Assembly (NCBI RefSeq): GCF_964213995.1
Contig: NC_135830.1
Location: forward strand, 6,758,001 to 6,822,000
Length of the DNA stretch: 64,000 nucleotides
Direction: 5' to 3'
From: Mustelus asterias
Taxonomy: Eukaryota
Shown here: positions 35,188 through 47,039 of the stretch, piece after piece
How positions within the stretch are numbered: position 1 is the first letter of the stretch
Layout: each line of letters begins with the position of its first letter
Made by a program: the position numbers and the translations under genes
Notes under the pieces: model-generated
The model's input: the letters and a program-made list of their open reading frames with translations, nothing else
Databases searched by the model: none
Told to the model about the DNA's origin: nothing

Positions 35188-38100
35188 AACCCTTTGCGAT
35201 TCCGTTGCAATAAATGTATAATAATCGGTGGAACAGACTGCATTTTCAGATAGAAATAGATATGTTTGAGCGGGAGAGCAGGGAGTTAGAATATATGGCG
35301 AGAAAGGGGCAGAATTTGACATGTGCCAGTTACTTCAAACGATCAATGTTTGCCGTGTGCCTGCCGTTAAATTCTTCTTCTGAGCTTATACTTGTTGTTA
35401 CATCTCTGACTTTTCCACGTCTGATACAATTCACCCAGTTTGAAGATTAACCCTTGTTTCTCCCTTCACAGACGATGTGAGGCCTAATTTGATTTAATGA
35501 AGAGTTAAACAAAAAAATGTTCACCCCGTGACTGGGAATCAATCCCGGGCACGGCGCCTAATCCTGACCACTAGAAAAGCTCATAAGAGAGATTTGCAAT
35601 TAGACCATAAACATCTATTTTCCCATTGCCTCATTTCATGTCATTGTCTAAACTTTGCCAGATAGTCACACAGTCAATCTATCATTTATAAGCAATTACA
35701 GCAAATACGTCGCCAATCCACCTAACATGCACACCTGGACACTGTGGGAGGAAACTGGAACACCCGCAGGAAACTCAGGCACACACGGGGAGAACGTGCA
35801 AACGCCGCACAATTACCAACGGCTGGAATTGAAGCCGGGTCCCTGGCGTTGCGAAGCCACCGCGGCGCCCACTATTCGACAATCACTTCCAGTGCAGCGT
35901 TGATTGGAAGACAAAGATGTTTGTGGATACATTGGAAACAACGAAAGCTCCCGGCACTGGCAATCTTCCAGCAATTTTACTGAAGCGTTGTGCTCCTGAA
36001 CTTGCCGCGCTCCGAGCCAACCAGTTTCAGTCCAACTGCATCACTGTCATTACCTGCCAAGCTGCAAATCAAATCAAGACAATTACCACCAGTCTGCCCT
36101 CGGTCATCAGGAATGTGATAGAAGGGGTCAACAAACATGGTATCAAGAAGCACTGACTTCGCAGTAACCAGCTAACAGTTACTCAGAGAAGTCTGAACTA
36201 TGCAACAAAGAGAAACCTTCTCCAGTCAGCCTTTGTTCACACATGGACAAAAGAGCTGTTCTCCAGAGGTGTGACGAATGTGGTTGTCTGTGATATCAAG
36301 GCATTTAAAGTTCTCTTCTAAATGGTTCTTAAGTGTTCTTAGTGTTGGTGTTCTCGCCTCTAACAACCTTTCAGGCAGTGGGTTCCAGATTGCCATCACC
36401 CTCTGATCCTCTCTGAAGCTCTTTCTCCATACCTAAAATCTATGCCGCCTGGTTGTTCACCCTTCTGCTATGGGGAAACGACTATTCCTATCTGCCAATC
36501 CATGTCCCTCAAAATTTTGCACACTCAATCATGTCGGCCCTCAGCATTCAATGCTCAGGCGAAATCAGCCCCAATGTATTTCGTCCCTCTTCACAGCTGA
36601 AAATCTCCAGCGTAGTATCCAGAACTAAAACCACTTGTAGCAGCGTTTGAATTGGAATTCACGCCTCCCCAAAGACTGGAACCTCAACCCAACGTCTTGG
36701 ACCACTCGGACCCGCTACCACCGAAGTGCAAACGACCACCAGGTATTTTAACGGTATTGCTAGTGAAATAGCTCAGAGGCAAAGGATTTGGTATGAACCA
36801 TTGGGTACTTCGAGTCCGTTCCGTCATTTAATCAGAGAAGTGATTCATGCAACAAAGAGAAATCTTCTCCAGTCAGAAACACAATGAGCTTCAGTGAAGG
36901 GCCTGTACGATTTAAACTGTCCTTAACCTCGTCTGGTTCCTAATCTCCCGCCAGAAATGACAATAAAACTTCCTGTTGAATTTGGTCAGGGTCTTCACTT
37001 CAATAAGGGCAGGACATGAGGCGAGACCAGGATTCCTGCATTCTACAGGGAAATAACTGAAATGTGTTTCATGGTTTGGACACGAGCAATAAATCTTCAT
37101 ATCCTGACCTGTAATCAAAACAGCAGTGAAAGTGTCAAACTCTATCCATCAGACCAGCAGGTTGCAGCATGTTTTAAAATTTGCTTTATCCACGCTCCTT
37201 TTGTCATTTTTAAGCACGCTGAAAGCACACTTGAACCAAAGGGATTCTCCTGAAAAATGACACAATTTGCTTCAATACCAGTGATATGTTCAGCCATTGA
37301 CAACGTACAACAAACTCGCCACTTCAATTATTACATTATTTCTGAGGGTTCGAAACCGGACAGCAATATTTCTGCATGCTTTTCAATACAGAGTCAGGGA
37401 AACGTTTCATAATTTGTGTTTTTGCTAAATGTCAACTGATATGCTGAGTATTTCCAGCATTTTCTGATTGCAAAGTCAGGAGTCACTCGGTAGAAACAAC
37501 AAAAGTGAAGGTCTGTGGCAGAGAGCAAAGCAAGGTGGATTAACTGACACAAGCAATGATAGACAGGGCAACATTGAGCAGGTGATGCTGGAGAGCGGGT
37601 GGTCTCGTGGTTCAGATTCAAGGCTTTAACCGCCAAGGCCCAGGCTCAATGACAGGTGACAAATTGTGAAAATAGAATTTCGTATGAAACAACTTGTCTC
37701 TTTCTTATTCCTGATCAACTAATCACAACTGTTGTTTCAAAGCAATATGCCAAGACTAATAAGCTGTTCCTCTACTGTAACTTTCGATAATTGTTTCATT
37801 TTATCCCCACTGCTGCTGCCTTCACAGTATTTCTTTCATCCTACAACCTATTACTGCAAAATCCACCTTCTTCACTTGTGTTCAGCTCCTGTGACCTCAT
37901 GGGACTGAGTAGATTCAATGCGAAGATTATCATTTAGTCCGAGATTTGGAGCGAGATCTAGGCGATATTTGTGTCAGTCTGAAATTCCCCCTCCCACCCC
38001 CAGGATACACAGCACATTGTCGCTGTCCGCTCTGTAAAAGGGAAGTTGAAGTAAGAGAAGTCTCGATCTAATCTGCACTCTCGTTAATCTGCTCTAGTTT

Positions 38101-38735
38101 CATTGCATCCTCTCATGTTATTTGCATGTTTCCCAATGTTGGGGGCCTGCCTTTCAGTGAGCTGAAATATCCCAATCTGGGATTTAATCAATGTGCCTAT
38201 TGGGAAGATCGCTATATTGTTAGGCACACGGGTGGGAATGAAGTCCCCGGTAATGCAAGGCGGAAGCACTGGGTTACGAATTGTGTCAGAAAACATTTCA
38301 CCGACATTCAAAATGAGAATGAACATTAATGGTAACTTGTTCCCAGGGATTGTTTTAAATAGCACAATGACAACCTTGCGAAATGTATATTTAATTTAAG
38401 CTGTTCATTAGACAGCAAAATACTCTGACCAAACAGACTCTTTGAGCAAAGCGACCTCGAAGCGGAGAGTCAAGATGGGGAAAGTGCTATACAGTAATTC
38501 ACGCAGGCAAGGGAATATCATCAAAGGACTACGCGTGAGTGAACGAACCATAACTCTATTTTTAGTATAGTTGCAAGTTAAAAACCCAACTGCGGCACAG
38601 CTATTCATGTTGCGTGTCCTGTTTTGATATTTCATTTATGATCCTGTGACTCTTTCTGTGGACACGATATAATTGTTTCTGTTTATCGGTGCGGGAGCGC
38701 CCTCTGCTGATCTCTAACCGGAACTCCCAGTCTGG

Positions 38736-38775
38736 GGCTTTTGTGCGGGGTTCGCTGTATTTCTGCACCAGTGTG
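38736..38775 (-). other. Recombination signal sequence (23-type; CACACTG-24 nt-ACAAAAGCC)
   Basis: Directly follows YFCAME on the minus strand. Confidence 0.75.
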
Positions 38776-39438
38776 AACTCCATGGCACAGAAATACACGG
38801 CGCAGTCAGTCCTAAGAGCCCTGGCGATTTTTAAGGGAACAGTGTTGTTTCCTTTGTGCAACGCAGCCGAGAACCTATCTGACAAATCCGGAGACGTATC
38901 GGTATTGCCCGAGCTATATATCTTCATCAAATATCTCAGAGCTTGCCCGGGATAGTGGATCATAGAAATCATAGAAACCTTACAGTACAGAAAGAGGCCA
39001 TTCGGCCCATCGAGTCTGCACCGACCACAATCCCACCCAGGCCCTACCCCCATATCCCTACATATTTTACCCACTCATCCCTCTAATCTACACATCCCAG
39101 GACACTAAAGGCAATTTTAGCATGGCCAATCAACCTAACCCGCACATCTTTGGACTGTGGGAGGAAACCGGAGCACCCGGAGAAAACCCACGCAGACACG
39201 AGGAGAATGTGCAAACTCCACACAGACAGTGACCTAAGCCGGGAATCGAACCCAGGTCCCTGGAGCTGTGAAGCAGCAGTGCTAACCACTGTGCTACCGT
39301 GCCCCCCACTATTCTGGATGCACCAGAACACAGTTTGAAAAGCAGCTGTCGAGTATTTACAGTCCAACAATATGCTCTGTCCTTCCAGAACGCTTCATTT
39401 AGATCGATCTTGAAATCCTGAATCTTCAACATTTATCC
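38776..39438 (-). pseudogene. TCR alpha/delta-like V exon (in-frame stop plus SINE insertion)
   Basis: After TTGTTACAG acceptor: INVEDSGFQDRSK*SVLEGQSILLDCKYSTAAFQTVFWCI[SINE]HYPGQALRYLMKIYSSGNTDTSPDLSDRFSAALHKGNNTVPLKIARALRTDCAVYFCAME, then RSS. Confidence 0.88.
38961..39314 (-). mobile_element. Full-length HE1-like SINE inside the V exon
   Basis: tRNA head with A and B boxes, CR1-like tail ending in (TTTCTATGA)2, and 5-bp TSD ATCCA (plus 38956-38960 and 39315-39319). Confidence 0.92.
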
Positions 39439-39554
39439 CTGTAACAAAACACAGAAGATATTAAATATCTCAGAGCGAAGAGAACCCATGGAACAGGCAC
39501 TGATCATTCAAACATTGGCTTAATGCTGGAAATTTTCAGTCACATCAACACTTC

Positions 39555-39793
39555 AATGAAGTTAATGTGAAAATCCCCCAGTCGCCATACTCTGGCGCCT
39601 GTTCGGGTACACTTAGGGAAACGTTAGCATGGCCAATGCACCTAACCAGCACATCGTTCGGACTGCGGGAGGAAACCGGAGCACCCGGAGGAAACTCACG
39701 CAGATACGGGGAGAATCTTCAGACTCCACACAGACAGTGACTGAACCCGGGTCCCCAGCGCTGTAACGCAGCACGGCTAACCACTGTGCCACG
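39555..39793 (-). mobile_element. HE1-like SINE variant
   Basis: GTGGCACAGTGGTTAG head and the shared SINE body. Confidence 0.8.
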
Positions 39794-40530
39794 ATGTCGG
39801 ATTATTCTTGCAGTACTTTTACTATTGCAATGTAATTTGATGCATTTGAACGCATGCATGAGAGATAATCCCAATTCTATTTCGTTGCTGGCGATTCGCT
39901 TTATTCAATTAATAGTGGGTGTAAACGCCCATTTTAAACAAGAAAGAGCCATCAAGATTCCGATAAGATGCCTACTCTAAAATAACAACACAAGATGCAA
40001 ACATGACCCTGGATTCACATTCATTTCCTATATTCTTTCGTTATTTGCATTTAAATCTTTCCATCGTAATGTTACCCCTTAAGTTCTGGTTATTAACTTT
40101 ATCAATTATTGCTGCTCCAATATAATGAGTAATTGAGTGGACTCGTTGAAATGGGAGAGTGGGAGAAATCGGATTGTCTCAACCCTGAATTTTAGGGAAA
40201 AGGGGAGAAACAGAAGAATGTAGAGCAAGTGTGAAGACAGAGACGGTCAGAAGCAGGACAAAGGGAGATAGAGAAACCGAGGCGGAATGACAGAACGAGA
40301 TACATCGGTCCCAAACGAAAAGAGAACCGGAGAACCCGAGAAATACAGGGAGAAAGAGAAACTCAGAATCTATTAGTCCAGAGACTTGTGACACTAATAA
40401 ATAAACGTAGATTTAAAACGAATGCAGTAACGTCCTTCCGTATTCTGAGAATTCGGTGGTTTTCCAGAAAATAACTATGTACCTCGGATCGCCGCCAGAT
40501 GGAGCTGCCTCACCGCATGTGTGTGTTTAC

Positions 40531-40578
40531 TGCAGGGGCACGAGAAGGATCACAATGTGATACCGATACTAGCTTCAT
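40531..40578 (-). pseudogene. Possible decayed leader exon of the minus-strand V
   Basis: ATGAAGCTAGTATCGG...ATTGTGATCCTTCTCGTGCCCCTGCA|GTAAAC. It is hydrophobic only with a frameshift. CRE-like TGACGCCA (~40616-40623) and CCAAT (~40672-40676) lie upstream. Confidence 0.3.
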
Positions 40579-41299
40579 TCTCAGGTTGTCAAGGGGCTCT
40601 CGGAAATCTCCCTGCTGGCGTCACGTTCTAAATTATGTTATTTATCTTTCGCTTTCTGGAATCCCTTCCTGATTGGATTTAGGCCATTGATTTTCAAGTT
40701 GTACCCGTTTGTTCCTGTCACTGTCTATCTCTGTTTCTCTTGTGATCTGTTCGTTTGTCTCTCTTTGAGTCACTCTCTGTATTATCTCTACATATCTGCA
40801 ACTGTTCCCTTCACCGTATCATCATCTATTTCCCTTGCTGCCCCCGTCTCTCCCTCGTTTATCTCAATGTCCCACTTTTTATCACTCTGCCACTGCCTCA
40901 TTTCTCTCATTCTCTTTCCTCTTGCTCATCTCTCTACATCTCCATCTGTTCTTCTCCACTCATCTCTCTCCTTCGATCACGGTCTCGGCCTTCGAATCAC
41001 TCAGTGTCTTTGCATTCGTTTACCTTCATTTCTTAGCTTGGATGTTTCTGTGTTGCTGAACTTGTTTCTCTCAAGGGATCTGCATCTAATCCGCTGTTGT
41101 ACAATCAGTATATTGTTTTATTTAAAATCGCAACCCGACGAAATCTACTGTTCAGAACGAAGCGTTCAGTGTGAATAGGTCACGCACATGACAGTGAGAT
41201 TAATGATCTTGAGAAGTCATCACAAACCTACATAAAAATAAATAAAATTCAACATGAACGACTTAAACCGATCAAATAAAAAACTGCTTCCACCTGAGA

Positions 41300-41990
41300 A
41301 CTCTGGGTCTGTACTCGATGCTGTTTAGAGTGATGTGGGAGATCTCTTTGAAGTTTACAGAATACGGAAAGGCCTGGATAGAGTAGACGTGTAGAAGATG
41401 TTTCCATTAGTAGGAGAGTCTTGGATCCGAGGCACTGCCTCAGAGTAAAGTGGGGACCCGTTTGAATCGAGATGTGGAGTAATTTCTTCAGCCAGAGGGT
41501 GGTGAATCTGTGGAATTGCTTGACACAGAAGGCTAAGAAGGCCAGATCATTGCGTATATTTAAGACAGAGATCGATAGGTTCTTGATTGGTGAAGGGATC
41601 AAACGTTATGGGGAAAAGATGGGAGAATGGGGTTGAGAAACCGCACAGGGCTGGCACTCTAGCACAATGGTTAGCACTGTTGCCTCACAGCGCCAGAGGC
41701 CCGGGTTCAATTCCAGCCTCGGGTCACTGCCTGTGCCGAGTCTGCACATTCTCCCCGTGTCTGCGTGGGTTTCCTCCCACAGTCCAAAAGTATGTGGGTT
41801 AGGTTGATTGGCCATGGAGTTACGGGAACGGGGCCTGTGTGGGACTGTGGTCGGTGAAGACTCGATGGGCAGAAAGGCCTACTCCTGCACTGTAGGGATT
41901 CTATGACTCTGTAGGGATTCTAAACATATCGGCCATGTCTGAATGATGGAGCAGACCTGATGGGCCGAATGGCCTAACTCTGCCTAATTT
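41300..41990 (+). mobile_element. CR1 3' fragment with nested HE1-like SINE (~41648-41920)
   Basis: FFSQRVVNLWN-like region followed by a SINE head CTAGCACAATGGTTAGCACTG. Confidence 0.8.
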
Positions 41991-42147
41991 TGCAAAGCTG
42001 ATTCTTCCCTCACACCACACATTGCACTCACTCAGTGACTGACTCCAGTCTCAGATATTTAATACAGTTGGTCAAAGAGCTTCAGCCAATCACTGAAACT
42101 CATTTAAATATTATCTCAATCTATGACGGGTAGATTGCAGATTGTTT

Positions 42148-42184
42148 GATTGGACGGGAACATTGAAATCAGAAAGTGACGTTA
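42148..42184 (+). promoter_or_regulatory. V-gene promoter: inverted CCAAT and CRE/decamer-like AGTGACGTTA
   Basis: GATTGG at 42148 and AGTGACGTTA at 42175-42184, ~70 nt upstream of the leader ATG. Resembles the TCR V promoter decamer AGTGAYRTCA. Confidence 0.5.
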
Positions 42185-42253
42185 CAAATAGATTCCGTAC
42201 CGGTAATGCTTGGATTTTTAAAGGTAACCACAGCCCCGGGCTCTCCAGCCGCT

Positions 42254-42299
42254 ATGGAGTTCCTCACCGTCTGCATTGTGTTTGGGCTGTTTCTTGTCG
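42254..42299 (+). other. Leader exon of the plus-strand TCR V
   Basis: MEFLTVCIVFGLFLV plus 1 nt, then GTAAGG donor. Phase 1 matches the V exon at 45558. Confidence 0.85.
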
Positions 42300-42787
42300 G
42301 TAAGGATGACTCCAATCTGGTTAAATGTTATCTCGATCTGAAACTTTAACTCTGCTTCTCTCCAGTGATGCTTCCTGACGCTGCTGAGTAATTCAGCCTT
42401 TATTTGTTTTTATTTCATAATTTTATTTCATAATTAGCAGGAGTGCTGAGAGTAAGCTAAGAAGTGATTTAATTATTCATTTATTCATTTAAGGGTATTC
42501 CTAGTATATTTCGCGGGCTTTTTTCAGGGTTTTGAATTGAGGAAGTGAGGTCAGCTGAAGGGGATTCTGGGAGGTTGAGTCTTAGTATAAAAGGCAGTTA
42601 CTTGGGGGGTTCGTCGGGAGCATAAAAAGCCGTCTGCACTATACAGCGGGCAGCGTCGGGAGCGGGCAGTGGAGTGAGTGGGTAGCAGAGTGTGCATTAT
42701 AAGGGCTTTGGCTCACAGGGCTTGGGCTAAAAGGGCAAGGCAAGGCTAGTTATTTTTTACCCAACCCTATAAAGGATAAGGGCAGGT

Positions 42788-43804
42788 ATGAGTGATCGGC
42801 CAGTTCAGTGCTTCCGATGAGGGATGTGGGAGTTTCTGCAAACACCGAGCTTCCCAGAGGTTCACATATGTGCCAGGTGCGTGGAACTGCAGCTCTTGAG
42901 AGACCGTGTTAGGGAACTGGAGCTGCAGATCGCTGACCTTAGCCTAATCAGGGAAAATGGGAGAAAAATTGACAGCAGTTATAGGCAACTAGTTACACCG
43001 GGGCATCGGGAGAATGACACGTGGGTCACAGTTAGGAGGAGTAAAGGGCAGAAGGGTAAAGTACAAGGGAGGTCTCCAGAGATGTCTCAAAATAGGAAGG
43101 GCTTGGTGACAGGTGTGAGAGGGGAGGGGAGTGGACAGTTAGAAGAAGGGTCACCTGTGGTTGTCCCACTCCAAAACAGGTACATTGTTTTAGATAGTGT
43201 GGAGGAGTGTGCCTCTCCAGGGGTAAGACACAGTGAGCAGGTCACTGGCACACAGTCAGGCTCTGTGGCCCGGAAAGGGAAGAGAGGGGTTAGGAGAGCG
43301 ATAGTGGTGGGGGATGCGTCAGTTAGAGGGACAGACAGGCGATTCTGTGGGGGTGAACGGGACTCCAGGATGGTAGTCTGCCTACCTGGTGCTGGGGTCA
43401 CGGATGTCTCCGAGCGGATAGGAGGCATTTTAAAAGGGGAAGATAAAGAAACGGATGTCATTATACACATTGGTGGAAATGACGTAGATAGGAAGAGTAG
43501 GGGGGTCCTAAGGGAGCAATTCAGGGAGTTGGGAAATAGGTTAAAAAGTAGGGTCACTAGGGTGGCCATCTCTGGGCTGCTCCCAATGCCTCGTGCCAGT
43601 GAGGATAAGAATAGGGAGTTGGTTCAAATGAATGCCTGGCTAAAGGACTGGTCCAGGAGGGAGGGCTTTATTTTCATAGACCAATGGGAGGTTTTCAGGA
43701 GAGGATGGCACCTGTACAAGAGGGAGGGGTCACAACTAAGTTGGAAGGGCACAAATATCCTGGCTGGGAGCTTTGCTAATGCAGTTCGGGGGGGTTTAAA
43801 CTAG
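42788..43804 (+). CDS. CR1 ORF1 (Zn finger/leucine zipper plus SGNH esterase), TGA at 42818-42820
   Basis: QCFR*...ICARC, LELQIADL, IVVGDAS and IIHIGGND. Confidence 0.85.
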
Positions 43805-43845
43805 TATGGCAGGGGGGTGGGGATCAAACTATTAGGTCTATAAGT

Positions 43846-44805
43846 GTGGTGGCTGGGGACGAGCTTGGGGCTGGGACAAGGCTGGCAAAGAAGAAGAGCA
43901 CTCTGGGGGAGGACGACCTCACTGAGCCTGGGGGTCTGGAGTGCTTATACTTCAATGCAAGGAGCGTAGCAGGTAAAACAGACGAACTTGGGGCCTTAAT
44001 GCGCACGAGGAATTTGGATGTGGTTGCGGTGACGGAGACTTGGTTGAAAGAGGGACAGGACTGGCAGCTGAATATTCCAGGGTACAAGTGTTTTAGGCGA
44101 GACAGAGGAGGGGCCAAAAGAGGTGGGGGAGTAGCGGTATTGGTTGGAGAGCATATTACAGCGGTGCAGAGGGAGGACAATTCGGAGGAGTCGTGTAGCG
44201 AGTCACTCTGGGTGGAGCTTAGAAACAGGAAAGGCGCAGTCACTATGTTGGGGGTGTACTACAGGCCCCCCAACAGCCCAAGGGAAGTGGAAGAATGGAT
44301 ATGTCAGGAGATACTGGATAGGTGCAGGAAATATAGGGTTGTTGTAGTGGGAGACTTCAATTTCCCTGGTATAGACTGGAAATCGCTGAGGGCAGGGACT
44401 CTGGATGGTGAGGCATTTGTAAAATGTGTACAGGAGGGTTCGTTGGAACAATATGTGGACAGCCCAACTAGAGAGGGGGCTATACTGGACCTGGTGCTGG
44501 GGAATGAGCCCGGTCAGGTCTTCAAAGTTTTGGTCGGGGAACATGTGGCAAATAGTGACCACAATTCTGTTAGCTTTAGGATAGTGATGGAAAAGGATGA
44601 GTGGTGTCCCAAGAGTAAGGTGTTGGATTGGGGGAAGGCTAACTTTATTGGGATCAGGCAGAAATTGGCAGCTCTTGATTGGGAGAGGCTGTTTGAGGGT
44701 AAATCCACATCTGGTATGTGGCAGTCTTTTAAGGAACGGTTGTTAGGGCTACAGGACAAGCATGTGCCTGTAAAAAAGAAGGATAGGAAGGGGAGGATTA
44801 GAGAA
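43846..44805 (+). CDS. CR1 ORF2 N-terminal APE endonuclease (truncated)
   Basis: YFNARS, VTETWL, YYRPP, GDFN, LDLVL and SDH. Confidence 0.9.
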
Positions 44806-45557
44806 CGTGTTGCCGGGCAAGGTGGTGGAGGCGGACACACTGGGAACGTTTAAGACTTATCTAGACAGCTATATGAACGGAGTGGGAATGGAGGGATACA
44901 AAAGAGTGGTCTAGTTTGGACCAGGGAGCGGCGCGGGCTAATTGTTCCTTGTTTCTCGTTTCAAGGCTTCATTCTACGATCATCTTGCTGGTGCCAGTAC
45001 AGAGCGAGACTGCGGATAGTTGGGAACCTGTCTCGGGGGCAGGGAATTCATATGGTGTTCGTGGAAGTGGAAATGACTAGGGTTGGGAAGCATTTTCCGA
45101 TCGGGGCCATTGTGATCTCCTGGACTCGTTTCGATCGCCTCAGGGGGTCGGAGAGGAATTTCCCAGATTTTTTTTTCCCCATATTGGCCCTGGGGTTTTT
45201 CACTCTGGGTTTTCGCCTCTCCCTGGAGATCACATGGTCTGGAATGGAGGGGTGGGGGTAAGTTAATAGGTTGTAATGAACAAAGCATCGTAGCTGTGAG
45301 GGACAGCTCGGTGGATAGGATATTGGTATGTAGATAGGCTGGAAAATTGGGCGGGGATCCTGGATTCAGGATTCAATCCTGGACCGGGGAGCGGCGCGGG
45401 CTTGGAGGGCCGAAGGGCCTGTTCCTGTGCTGTATTGTTCTTTGTTCTTTGTTTGTTCTTTGTTCCAGTTATGTCGCTGTGAATGTAAAGTGTTAATATT
45501 ATTTCAGCAGCACATCCAACACATAGCCTTTCTTTTCTTCTCGAATACATGTTACAG

Positions 45558-45865
45558 ATCCGAGTGATGGAGATTCTGTTTCTCAGCCGCAGTCTTTAGA
45601 GAGGAGAGAAGGTGAAACGGTGACTCTCCGATGTACCTACAGCACTACAACAAGCGGCTATGTCTTATCTTGGTGCAGGCAGCAGCCACAGAAGGATTTG
45701 CAGTTCATTATACAGAAAATGGCCCTGGGATACACAAGAAGACAGAGGAGAAGGTTTTGGACCCAATTTCTCTGCTGATCTCCAGACCTCGGCTAAATTA
45801 ACCACTGTAACCATCTCGAGCCTACAGCTGACTGACGCTGGCCGCTATTACTGCGCTTTCAGCCT
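45558..45865 (+). pseudogene. TCR alpha/delta-like V exon with a frameshift at ~45716-45719
   Basis: DPSDGDSVSQPQSLERREGETVTLRCTYSTTTSGYVLSWCRQQPQKDLQFIIQK / WPWDTQEDRGEGFGPNFSADLQTSAKLTTVTISSLQLTDAGRYYCAFS. The conserved Cys, Trp and YYC are present. Confidence 0.92.
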
Positions 45866-45904
45866 CACAGTGATAGAAAGCAGTCTCACCCCCGTACAAA
45901 AAAC
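45866..45904 (+). other. 23-RSS (CACAGTG-23 nt-ACAAAAAAC)
   Basis: Consensus heptamer, exact 23-nt spacer, and 8/9 nonamer. Confidence 0.92.
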
Positions 45905-47039
45905 TGCTTTCCAGCTATCATTGGGTGCTCCAGTCTGTTGAGGTTTGTGCAGAGAATCGCGGAAGGTTACAGCCAGATTGAGCAGCGGCGCTGTCAGCCG
46001 CTCCAACAGACACCCAGAGGAAACCTCATTAACCTCGGATCAAACTGTCACCCAACTGAATCCAGGATCGGCTGAGACAACACACAGCAGAATCCCATCA
46101 GACTGGAAGGTTGATCGGCGAGAGTGAGAGAGAGAGAGAGTAGCTAACAGTTAAAGAGTTTATGTTTCGTTTCCAATTATTATTTGCTTCAATTCAGGCT
46201 TGGCTGGGAAGATCAGCTTCACCAAGTAAAGGTTGCTCAGACTTAAAAAGGCTTCAGAGCTGCCCGACAGCACCTCATGGACTGCGAGATTTAACCAGGG
46301 AACGGGACGATAGAAAAGGGGGCGGGGCGGTAGGGGATATCTCCGGCTGACAAAGGGAGTAATGAAGTTGATGTTGAGGGAGCGAACAAAAGAGAGAACA
46401 GATGGGAAGAAATGTACGCCTAAAAACACTTCAATCAAAGAATAGATAAATAAACATTTAATCAAAACAATGCAGCAGTAAAATGAATGTGGCTGCAAGG
46501 GAGATCTGAGCAAAATGCAAGTGTAAATTGGTGATAACTTGAAAGGTATGTTTTCCTATCCCTGTACATACTTCCTGTGAAAAACCTGAGCAATGTGTCT
46601 ATGCAGCTGAGTGTGGCCCAGTTTGTGCATCAGCTCAGTGGCTGCCTGGATTCAGTGATTTGGAGTCGGAGACTGTTGGCCATGCAGCTATTTTAGGCAT
46701 CCTTCAGCGGATCAGCCCTGTCACTGCCTGATCTCTCTATTTAATATCGAAGAAATTTCCAAGACTAGGTGGCAGAATGAAGCTTCAGCAGAGCATCAGC
46801 TCAGTGCTTGCTAACCCACCATGTTTAAAGATTTGATCAACGGTGCTATGCAGACAAGTAAGTCCTTAGTCCCTAAGCTGTACACTTCCTATATCATCCA
46901 ATGCACCTGTACACTTTGAGAGAGCTATAAAAGTCATTGACATAGGCAAGGCTGAGATTGAGCGGAATGATACGGAGACAATCCAACTGAAGTACAAAGA
47001 TGAATGCGGGCCTGAGAGCAGTGAATGATACAGAGACAG

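Larger units (their letters stand above)
42436..45464 (+). mobile_element. CR1 LINE with intact 5' end and internal RT deletion, inside the V leader intron
   Basis: 5' UTR, ORF1 and ORF2 endonuclease, then an abrupt join at ~44803-44806 to a 3' end nearly identical to 679-1337. (TGTTCTT)n tail. Confidence 0.92.

Noticed and set aside
38601-39074. 157-aa ORF as a novel protein
   Set aside because: It is a chimera of SINE tail, the 3' half of the V exon and read-through across the RSS.
40492-40505. CTCF-like motif CCGCCAGATGGAGC (also CCATTAGATGGCAG at ~52924)
   Set aside because: Plausible near V genes, but short motifs with mismatches cannot be supported without PWM scoring or ChIP.
40190-41178. 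ORFs in purine- and pyrimidine-rich tracts (e.g. 40687-41178)
   Set aside because: Low-complexity CT/GA sequence produces Leu/Ser-rich frames with no domain signature.
45660-45941. 93-aa ORF as a complete gene
   Set aside because: Only its middle is the V frame after the frameshift. The start is out of frame and the end runs through the RSS.
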